From Coleofasciculus sp. B1-GNL1-01 (GTDB taxonomy: Bacteria; Cyanobacteriota; Cyanobacteriia; Cyanobacteriales; Coleofasciculaceae), in assembly GCA_040220235.1 (NCBI GenBank), contig JAVJTO010000090.1: a stretch of DNA of 16,899 bases. One strand, given 5' to 3'. Within the stretch, counting starts at the first letter, position 1. Each line of letters begins with the position of its first letter. The notes under the pieces were generated by a model, which was not told the origin of the DNA, searched no databases, and saw nothing but the letters and a program-made list of their open reading frames with translations. Both the position numbers and the translations under genes were made by a program. Below, piece by piece: positions 8,676 to 15,914 of the stretch.

Positions 8676-8915
8676 TGGTGCTAACACCCCTCAGCCCATT
8701 CGCCACAAAATCTGGATACTTTTAACAAAACTTAAAATACCTTCCCATTTTTTTCAGGATTTGCCATAATCAAAAAATTAGAATATTCTGGATTTTTGTC
8801 GCCATCTGACAACAAGGCGTACCTACGAATCAAGTCCGGAAATGCCAACCTACCTTAAACCCTGTGTATCCACTGCATCTGCTATAAACATTCGCTGCTG
8901 GCAATAACGAATGAC

Positions 8916-10340
8916 ATGACAAATGACAACGATATCATTTTTCAACCGCTAACATTCCGAAACCTCACCGTCAGTAATCGCATCTTTCGCTCGAATATTT
9001 CCGGCAGATTCGATAACTATGACGGTTCCGGAAACCAAGTCCGAATCAATTGGGAACAGAAGTTTGCCCAGGGAGGCGTCGGCGCAATTATTTCATCGTT
9101 TACGCCAGTACAAATTCGCGGACGAATCCTGCCAAACTATGCCACGATTGACCGAGATGACCGCATTCCCTTCTGGCGTAAACTTGGTGAGGTGGTGCAT
9201 GAATACGACTGTAAATTTATCATGCAACTGAGCCATTCTGGGCGTCAGCAGGATGTGAGTGGCGTGGAAAATCTTAATTTAAAAGCCCTCAGTTCAACCA
9301 GTATCACAGAATCGTTTCATGGTTTTGAATGCCAAGCCATGACCAAGGCTGAGATTCAAGAAACCGTTCAGGCGTTTGCGGCGGGGGCGAGACGGGCGCG
9401 AGAGGCGGGACTGGATGGCGTGGAACTGCATAGTGCTAATGGTTATTTAATTACCCAATTTCTCAGTTCTGGGATTAATGACCGCAACGATGAATATGGG
9501 GGATCATTAGAAAATCGCGCTCGCTTTTTGTTAGAGATTATTAAAGCCATTCGTCAGGAAGTGGGTGATGATTTTCACCTCCAAGCTAAGATTAGTGCGG
9601 TGGAGTATAATAATGCCGTGATTCCGTGGGAAAAACCAGGCAATACCCTAGAGGATTCGATTCAAGTTTGTCAGTGGATAGAAGCGGCTGGAGTGGATGC
9701 AATTCATGTGTCTACAGGGAGTATATTTCCTCATCCCTTGAACCCTCCTGGTGAATTTCCCCGCATCGAGGCGATGCGCTGGTATGATTTGATGTTATCC
9801 AGTGGAATTCATACCTTTCGCAACTATTTATTATTTCGGTTTCCCCTGTTGTATCCGATTTTCTTATTTTTATGGAATCGAGTTCAGAAACAGACCCAAG
9901 ACCAACCGATTCAGGGAGTAGAGGTAAAAGCGCAAGCTTTGAACGAGTCGTTCCAGAGGTTTGTGAGTTCTGAACAGATGCAGGAACTTCTACACAAGTA
10001 TCAGGGGGTTAGCATTAATCACGCGGCTGAGATTAAAAAGCAGGTGAATATTCCCGTGATTTGTACGGGAGGATTTCAACAGGCGTCCTATATTCGTCGG
10101 GCTATTCAGGAGAACTTCTGTGATGCGGTTAGTATTGCCCGTCCCTTGGTGGCGAATAATGACCTAGTGCATCAGTTTAAGGCAGGAAAAGACTTGCCTG
10201 AACGCCCTTGCACTTACTGCAATAAATGCTTGCTTAATGCCTTAGAAAATCCCCTGGGTTGTTATGAGTTAAGTCGCTATAATAATGCCGATGAAATGAT
10301 TGCAGAAATTATGACTGTGTTTGACACTGCATCTTTTTAG
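8916..10340 (+). CDS. NADH:flavin oxidoreductase (Old Yellow Enzyme family) with C-terminal Cys cluster
   Basis: IFQPL...NRI, QLSHSGRQ, AARRAREAG-like segment (GARRAREAGLDGVELHSANGYLITQFLS), NDRNDEYGGSLENRARF, PVICTGG, DAVSIARPL; C-terminal CX2CX2CX10C. Confidence 0.92.
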   Translation: MTNDNDIIFQPLTFRNLTVSNRIFRSNISGRFDNYDGSGNQVRINWEQKFAQGGVGAIISSFTPVQIRGRILPNYATIDRDDRIPFWRKLGEVVHEYDCKFIMQLSHSGRQQDVSGVENLNLKALSSTSITESFHGFECQAMTKAEIQETVQAFAAGARRAREAGLDGVELHSANGYLITQFLSSGINDRNDEYGGSLENRARFLLEIIKAIRQEVGDDFHLQAKISAVEYNNAVIPWEKPGNTLEDSIQVCQWIEAAGVDAIHVSTGSIFPHPLNPPGEFPRIEAMRWYDLMLSSGIHTFRNYLLFRFPLLYPIFLFLWNRVQKQTQDQPIQGVEVKAQALNESFQRFVSSEQMQELLHKYQGVSINHAAEIKKQVNIPVICTGGFQQASYIRRAIQENFCDAVSIARPLVANNDLVHQFKAGKDLPERPCTYCNKCLLNALENPLGCYELSRYNNADEMIAEIMTVFDTASF

Positions 10341-10349
10341 GAAACGGCG

Positions 10350-10375
10350 AGAGACGTAGCATGCTACGTCTCTAC
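10350..10375. repeat. GTAG-family REP, perfect 24-bp palindrome
   Basis: AGAGACGTAGCATGCTACGTCTCT (10350-10373), with the element ending in CTAC; lies between the OYE gene and the first cytochrome gene. Confidence 0.85.
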
Positions 10376-10413
10376 TTGCAACATCACTAATCACAAATTA
10401 CCAATGAACAATT

Positions 10414-11871
10414 ATGGAAAATTCAACGCCATTGAAGTCAACAGGGAAGGCGTTTAAGAAACTAGGGATTGTGATTGCGGGGGTTATTATCGTTGCCATT
10501 ATTGGTTTGGTTTCTCCCCTCTTCTTAAATAATCCTGTCGATTATGCTGATATTAATAATCACTTTAAATATGGGTCAATTGGCAGTGAACCAGAAAATG
10601 GAGTCCCTTACTGGATTTGGAAAGTTTTACCCGCCGTATTTCCTGACAAATTACCCGGTGAAGGGTATCAATCGTTGGGCTTTCTTTACGAACCCGGACA
10701 AGACCGCCCCATTGGGTTTTCTCAGCGTCGCGTTTTGATTGACCGCGTTGGCTTAAATTGTGCGATTTGTCATGTGGGTTCACTGCGGGAAACCCCTGAG
10801 AGTGAACCTCAACTTATCCCCACGATGCCTTCAAATACGGTAAATTTACAAGGGTATATTCAGTTTCTGGGCAAAACAGCTTTGGATGAACGATTCACTC
10901 CTAACCGAATCTTAGCCGAAATTGATGCCCAAGGGGGAAAGTTTAATCCGATTCAGAAATTAATTTACCGCTATCTGGTTATTCCCCAAACGAGAGATGC
11001 GTTGATTACTCAAGCAAGTCAACTGGCTTTTTTAAATGAACAACCGGATTGGGGTCCAGGACGGGTGGATACGTTTAATCCTTATAAATCAATTCAATTT
11101 AGCTTCCCGATGGACGAGTTAGAAGAAGATGAAAAAATTGGCACGGCGGATTTACCCTCTATCTGGAATCAAAAACCCCGTGAAGGATTGCAACTGCATT
11201 GGGATGGGGATAATAAATCGGTTCATGAACGTAATTTAAGTGCGGCGTTGGGTGCAGGAGTGACACCAGTTACAGCGGATTTGGAACGGATTAAACGGAT
11301 TGAAGATTGGTTGTGGGAACTTCCACCCCCGGCTTATCCCTACCCGATTAATCGGGAATTAGCAGCTAAGGGTCAGCCCATTTATCAAAATAATTGTGCC
11401 AGTTGTCACGCCTTTGGCGGGGCGAAGGTGGGTAAAGTGACGCCGCTTGGGGAAATTGGTACTGACCCGCATCGGTTAGATTCTTATACATACGAGTTAC
11501 TGTCTAATCAAAATACCCTGTTTGTCGGGACGCCGGAACGGTTCAAGAACTTCCGTAAGACTAATGGTTATGCCAACATGCCATTAGATGGAATCTGGTT
11601 GCGATCGCCTTATTTGCACAATGGGTCTGTACCGACGCTACGAGACTTGTTAGAGGCTCCAGACAACCGTCCTCAAGTATTCTATCGCGGGTATGATGTG
11701 TTTGATCAAGAAAATGTCGGTTTTGTTTCCACGGTTGTTCAGGAGAAGGGGACGCCGTATTTTAAGTTTGACACGACTGTACCTGGCAATAGTAACAGGG
11801 GTCATCTGTATGGCGTCGAACTTTCGTCGGAGGATAAAGCCGCATTGGTTGAGTATCTGAAAACGCTTTAA
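10414..11871 (+). CDS. Membrane-anchored di-heme c-type cytochrome, RoxA/MauG/CcP-like superfamily (paralog 1)
   Basis: N-terminal TM helix; CAICH (10759-10773) and CASCH (11395-11409); LDGIWLRSPYLHNGSVPTLRDLL; C-terminal GNSNRGH and LVEYLKTL. Confidence 0.85.
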   Translation: MENSTPLKSTGKAFKKLGIVIAGVIIVAIIGLVSPLFLNNPVDYADINNHFKYGSIGSEPENGVPYWIWKVLPAVFPDKLPGEGYQSLGFLYEPGQDRPIGFSQRRVLIDRVGLNCAICHVGSLRETPESEPQLIPTMPSNTVNLQGYIQFLGKTALDERFTPNRILAEIDAQGGKFNPIQKLIYRYLVIPQTRDALITQASQLAFLNEQPDWGPGRVDTFNPYKSIQFSFPMDELEEDEKIGTADLPSIWNQKPREGLQLHWDGDNKSVHERNLSAALGAGVTPVTADLERIKRIEDWLWELPPPAYPYPINRELAAKGQPIYQNNCASCHAFGGAKVGKVTPLGEIGTDPHRLDSYTYELLSNQNTLFVGTPERFKNFRKTNGYANMPLDGIWLRSPYLHNGSVPTLRDLLEAPDNRPQVFYRGYDVFDQENVGFVSTVVQEKGTPYFKFDTTVPGNSNRGHLYGVELSSEDKAALVEYLKTL

Positions 11872-12044
11872 GCTGTTTAAGTTTTGAGTGTTGACCCTTC
11901 ACAACCTTCGAGGGCTTGGCGCGTGAATTTTGTTTAGGGATTGGTTTTCTTATTATCGTTTATTCCCTTACCCAGAGGTAACTAAACCAGCCCTGACTGC
12001 TTATATCCCTTGTCCTTCAATTTTTAGAATCAGGAGTAAACATC

Positions 12045-12470
12045 ATGAATGCTTATGCAAAATGGTTTAGTCGCATGGTCTGGTTAGGCATTGTGGTGAA
12101 TATGTTTTTTGTGATTCCCCTCTGCTTTTTCCCAGACGTTCTACTTTCGCTATTAAAGATGCAAATACCTGTGCCAATTATCTGGGTAAGGGCGGCTGGA
12201 CTCTTACTACTGGAACTAAGTATTTTGTATATTCCGGGGGCAATTGATCCTTATCGCTACAAAGCAACCGCTTGGATGTCAGTAGTCGTCACACGCGGCG
12301 CGGGCGCTACCTTTTTTCTGAGTGCTGTTTTGTTCTTTGGGCAAGATTTAGGATTTCTTACAATTGCTTTAGTTGATGCATTTTTCATGATTGTCCAAGG
12401 AACTCTGTTATTCTTGGCGATGAAGACTCAACAACCTGAAATGTCGGAAACCGTTCAAGAGTTTTCCTAA
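12045..12470 (+). CDS. Small integral membrane protein (~4 TM), function unknown
   Basis: 141 aa with four hydrophobic stretches; good SD (AGGAG) 8 nt upstream of the ATG; co-oriented between the two cytochrome genes. Confidence 0.8.
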   Translation: MNAYAKWFSRMVWLGIVVNMFFVIPLCFFPDVLLSLLKMQIPVPIIWVRAAGLLLLELSILYIPGAIDPYRYKATAWMSVVVTRGAGATFFLSAVLFFGQDLGFLTIALVDAFFMIVQGTLLFLAMKTQQPEMSETVQEFS

Positions 12471-12498
12471 ATCGGTCATTTTTGCAGAAGTTAAATGG

Positions 12499-12666
12499 GT
12501 AGAGACGACCCGATTTCATTCCTTAGCAATTGGAGTTAAATCAATTATAGCAGTTACCATAAAGGTTAGGACATTTAAGGCTGAAACCAACCTGTATCAA
12601 TAATAATTTGTCTGCTTTCTGCCTTGGCATCTTCTGCCTTTTGCTATAGATAGGGTCGCCTTCTAC
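12499..12666. repeat. GTAG-type REP arms enclosing a TATAGCA...TGCTATA miniature element
   Basis: GTAGAGACGACCC (12499-12511) and GGGTCGCCTTCTAC (12653-12666); inner element 12546-12648 contains degenerate TCTGCCT heptamers. Confidence 0.6.
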
Positions 12667-12762
12667 TCTCTCAATTTTGCCTAACTGGGATGCTTCCCCA
12701 TACGGCTTTTTAATTGAATAGAATACGAATTAATTCAATTCAACAAGTAAAGGCGCAATTTT

Positions 12763-14196
12763 ATGGAAAGTACATCATCAAAAATTGGACGAACCATTAC
12801 CGCGATCGCAATTATTTTAATCTTGCTAATTGGTAGTGTGGGATATCTGGCATGGTATAACCTGTTTCGCGAAGTAGATACCTATTACGAATCAGTCGAG
12901 GATCATTTTAAATACGGATCAATTGGTAGCGAAAATGCAGAAGGCGTTCCCTATTGGATTTGGCTGGTATTACCTCGAGTTTTTCCTGATAAACTCCCCA
13001 AACCCGGTGGCTATACCTCTCTAGGAATTACCTGGGAAGAAGGACAAGAATTACCTGTTGGCTTTTCCAAAAAAATTATCGGCTTTCCCCGCCAAGGGAT
13101 AACCTGTGCGCTGTGTCATAGTGCCACCTATCGCCAAACCCCGAACGATAAGCCAACTATCGTTCCCGGAGGACCTTCTAATAAATTTAATCTGCAAGGG
13201 TATATTCGCTTTCTCGGTGACTGTGCTACTGATCCCCGATTTAATGCCGACTATATTTTAGATGAAATTAGCTATAATTATGACCTGTCTTTGTTTGATA
13301 AACTACTCTATCGGTTTATTATTATTCCCCGCACCCGGAAAGAGTTATTAGAACTTAAAGCATCCTTTGCCTGGATGGAAGAACGACCCGACCAAGGACC
13401 TGGACGTATTGCCCCATTTAATCCGGTAAAGTTTCGAGTTTTAGGATTACCTGTCGATGATACCATTGGTAACTCGGATATGATGTCAATTTGGAATCGA
13501 AATCAACATGAAGGGTTTGCCTTACATTGGGATGGGTTAGAAACATCACTCACAGAAACGGTGAACACTGGGGCGATTGGTGATGGGGCGACGAAGGAGT
13601 CAATTAATATTCAGGGATTAAAGCGGGTGGAGGATTATATTCGTCAATTACCGCCGCCGAAATATCCGTACACAATTGACCAAGGTTTAGCGGCAAAAGG
13701 GAGTCAAATTTTTGAGAGTAACTGCGCCACTTGTCATGCATTTGGTGGCGAACGAACCGGAACCGTTATTCCTATTGATGAGATGGGTACAGACCGCTAT
13801 CGTTTAGATATGTGGACGCAAGAAGCGGCTGATGCGTATAATGAGTTTGCCGAGGGGTATGATTGGGATTTTGATCAGCTTCGCAAAACGAATGGATATG
13901 TGGCGGTAGCCTTGGATGGGTTGTGGTTAAGAGCGCCCTATTTGCATAATGGTTCTGTTCCCTATTTAACGGATTTATTGGAGATGCCGGAGAAGCGGAC
14001 AATGGTGTTTTACAGAGGATATGATGTGTATAATCCGGAAAAAGTGGGCTTTGTTGCTGAAGGCGTAGCGGCGGAGAAAGAGGGATTTAAATATGATACA
14101 AGGGTGACAGCAAATAGTAATCAAGGTCATGTTTATGGCACTGAGTTGACGGCTGAGGATAAGTTGGCGTTGATTGAGTATTTGAAGACGCTTTGA
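12763..14196 (+). CDS. Membrane-anchored di-heme c-type cytochrome, RoxA/MauG/CcP-like superfamily (paralog 2)
   Basis: N-terminal TM helix; CALCH (13105-13119) and CATCH (13723-13737); LDGLWLRAPYLHNGSVP; colinear with paralog 1 (HFKYGSIGSE, GVPYWIW, LHWDG, RKTNGY, EYLKTL). Confidence 0.85.
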   Translation: MESTSSKIGRTITAIAIILILLIGSVGYLAWYNLFREVDTYYESVEDHFKYGSIGSENAEGVPYWIWLVLPRVFPDKLPKPGGYTSLGITWEEGQELPVGFSKKIIGFPRQGITCALCHSATYRQTPNDKPTIVPGGPSNKFNLQGYIRFLGDCATDPRFNADYILDEISYNYDLSLFDKLLYRFIIIPRTRKELLELKASFAWMEERPDQGPGRIAPFNPVKFRVLGLPVDDTIGNSDMMSIWNRNQHEGFALHWDGLETSLTETVNTGAIGDGATKESINIQGLKRVEDYIRQLPPPKYPYTIDQGLAAKGSQIFESNCATCHAFGGERTGTVIPIDEMGTDRYRLDMWTQEAADAYNEFAEGYDWDFDQLRKTNGYVAVALDGLWLRAPYLHNGSVPYLTDLLEMPEKRTMVFYRGYDVYNPEKVGFVAEGVAAEKEGFKYDTRVTANSNQGHVYGTELTAEDKLALIEYLKTL

Positions 14197-14197
14197 T

Positions 14198-14231
14198 GTT
14201 GTCATTTGTCTTTTGTCATTTGTTCTTTGTC
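14198..14231 (+). repeat. Degenerate heptamer STRR (TTTGTCA-like, about 5 units)
   Basis: TGTTGTCATTTGTCTTTTGTCATTTGTTCTTTGTC directly after the stop of paralog 2. Confidence 0.7.
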
Positions 14232-14331
14232 AACACATCCCCTAAAAAATGGTAAGATTTTGGCGTAAGGGTAAAGCCGACAAACCTGCACTTCTGTACC
14301 CTTTATTTGTTAAGGGGTGATTATAAATCCC

Positions 14332-14664
14332 ATGACTGACTCCAATAAAACACAACTAACGCTGCAAAAAATCCTGGATAGCCTGGATCATTTAAGGATG
14401 GATGAACTGCGAACGCTGCAAAAGGCGACAAATGAGCGAATTCAACGTCGTGTTGATGCTTGGGGTAAGCCGCTATTGAGTGATTTAGTGGCAGGATTGG
14501 AATGGACTGAAGAGTATAAAGAGAATCCACCTATCTCAGATGCCCGACTTCAGGAAATCAAAGATGGGGCAAGACCAACTGATACTGAATTAGAGTATAT
14601 TGCTGAAGGGTTGGAAATGGATACTGAGGAACTTTTGCAGATGCTGCGTTTTCGTCAAATTTGA
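14332..14664 (+). CDS. Small hypothetical protein with possible C-terminal Xre/Cro-like HTH
   Basis: ATG at 14332 is preceded by AAGGGGTG (alternative GTG start at 14317); ISDARLQEIKDGARPTDTELEYIAEGL resembles the recognition-helix region of Xre domains. Confidence 0.55.
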   Translation: MTDSNKTQLTLQKILDSLDHLRMDELRTLQKATNERIQRRVDAWGKPLLSDLVAGLEWTEEYKENPPISDARLQEIKDGARPTDTELEYIAEGLEMDTEELLQMLRFRQI

Positions 14665-14712
14665 AAGCCATAAATGTTGAACCATTGACGACAAATGCTT
14701 AATCTGGCATCA

Positions 14713-14762
14713 AGCCGGGAACTCAAGTTCCGGCTCAAAGCTAAAACCCGTTAAAACGGGTT
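14713..14762. repeat. Twin hairpins, REP-like or terminator-like
   Basis: AGCCGGGAACT-CA-AGTTCCGGCT (14713-14735, one bulge) and AACCCGTT-AA-AACGGGTT (14745-14762). Confidence 0.55.
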
Positions 14763-14823
14763 CATATTATGTCCGGTCAAACCCTTTCATATCCTTGCAC
14801 CACTATCAGGGAAAATGTACCAT

Positions 14824-14965
14824 TGCTACCCCTGCTCCCTCTGCTCCCTCTGCTCCCCCTGCTCCCCCTGCTCCCTCTGCTACCCCTGCTCCCTCTGCTC
14901 CCTCTGCTCCCCCTGCTCCCTCTGCTCCCCCTGCTCCCTCTGCTCCCCCTGCTCCCCCCGCTCCC
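14824..14965 (+). repeat. 9-bp tandem repeat TGCTCCC(C/T)C, 15 units plus a partial 16th
   Basis: Strict 9-bp period from 14824; variant TGCTACCCC at units 1 and 7; abuts the IS end. Confidence 0.95.
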
Positions 14966-15015
14966 CAGGGCTAATTCATTGTGATGAGAGAAAATTAGGG
15001 CAACCAGGACTATTC

Positions 15016-15144
15016 ATACCAAATCCGATTGCGAGAACCACCTTATAAATTAGAACAGCAAAATGCCATCAACAATGTTACATAAGGCTTTTACCGTTTT
15101 CAAAAATGTCTTTGTAAGGGGGGTATGGGAACTGGATTTGGTAT
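15016..15144. mobile_element. MITE-like element nested inside the IS
   Basis: 11-bp perfect inverted termini ATACCAAATCC / GGATTTGGTAT around a non-coding ~107-bp core. Confidence 0.55.
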
Positions 15145-15202
15145 CAGACGGCAAGACGACTCTGGGCTAGAAGAACACCATTAGAACAAATAGTTACTTT
15201 AC

Positions 15203-15343
15203 GCGATCGCGAATAAACTAGGACTCACCTAGGAGCTGGTTACCACAAAGGTTCTGGGGTTTGGCTCAACAAGGCGATCGCGAATAAACTAGGACTCGCC
15301 TAGGAGCTGCTTACCATAAAGGTTTTGGGATTTGGCTCAACAA
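15203..15343 (+). repeat. Tandem duplication with 71-bp period, each copy starting at a HIP1 site
   Basis: 15203-15272 and 15274-15343 differ at 5 of 70 positions; both begin GCGATCGCGAATAAACTAGGACTC. Confidence 0.9.
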
Positions 15344-15914
15344 CGCGAGTCGGCACATTTCTTATTAGCTGAAAAATTTGTTCCAGGTTATGACTAATCA
15401 GCCGAATTCCGGTGGTTATAGATGAATAGCCATTGTAGCGCAAGATAGTTAATACTAAACTACGAATAATAGAAAAATTAGCGGGAGCGTTACCTTGTCG
15501 CATCCGAGAATTATCTTCATCTAACACCACGTCTTTAACCCAATGTAAACGATTCTCGATGCCCCAGTGACCCCGAATACCTTGGGCAAATTGTGCTGCA
15601 TTGATAGTGAGACTACTGATGTAATATACTATTTGGTGATAGGGTTTACCTGCTCGTGTACCAAAGCGTTCTACCTTAACTAAACGTTGCAAACCTTCCC
15701 AATCATAACTGATGCCACTCAGGTCATCAAAAACCGAAACGGAGCGAGTAGTAATGCGATCACTTCGGCGCTCTGTGGTGATATCAAGGCTAACAGGTAA
15801 CCTTTGTTCAGTAGTCAGCTTAATTTGTTCATGTAGACGTTTTTGATTACCCTTAACAGCAATCACATAATCATTGCCACCTTCTATAATTAACCGTACA
15901 GTTTTTTTTGGCAA
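15300..15914 (-). CDS. ISAs1-family transposase, C-terminal part (-1 frame)
   Basis: DYVIAVKGNQKRL, YYISSL and IRGHWGIENRLHWVKDVVLDED motifs; overlaps the N-terminal ORF across an A8 run. Confidence 0.88.
   Translation of the reverse strand: MPKKTVRLIIEGGNDYVIAVKGNQKRLHEQIKLTTEQRLPVSLDITTERRSDRITTRSVSVFDDLSGISYDWEGLQRLVKVERFGTRAGKPYHQIVYYISSLTINAAQFAQGIRGHWGIENRLHWVKDVVLDEDNSRMRQGNAPANFSIIRSLVLTILRYNGYSSITTGIRLISHNLEQIFQLIRNVPTRVVEPNPKTFMVSSS

Larger units (their letters stand above)
360..15281. other. HIP1 octamers GCGATCGC (dispersed)
   Basis: Seen at 360, 816, 2182, 4072, 5654, 6623, 6872, 11621, 12802, 15203 and 15274; a hallmark of many cyanobacterial genomes. Confidence 0.9.

Noticed and set aside
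10414..14196. Calling the cytochromes true rubber oxygenases (roxA/roxB) or MauG
   Set aside because: Only superfamily-level motifs are visible; the proteins are shorter than RoxA and membrane-anchored, and there are no mau genes nearby.
489..14530. Short antisense or alternative-frame ORFs in the track (e.g. 489-794, 1456-1659, 7953-8303, 10565-10783, 13772-14002)
   Set aside because: They overlap well-supported genes, have no recognisable motifs and are the lengths expected by chance.
14769..15048. ORFs 14769-14984 (poly-PLL) and 14815-15048 (Cys-rich CSP/CSL, metallothionein- or RiPP-like)
   Set aside because: Both are translations of the stop-free 9-bp tandem repeat and run into the IS terminal repeat; no SD, leader or modifying enzymes nearby.
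12555..15324. Shared 14-mer TTACCATAAAGGTT at about 12555 and 15311
   Set aside because: The flanks are unrelated; a single short match does not support homology.
15203..15343. Possible CRISPR array
   Set aside because: Only two contiguous near-identical units with no unique spacers, and no cas genes.
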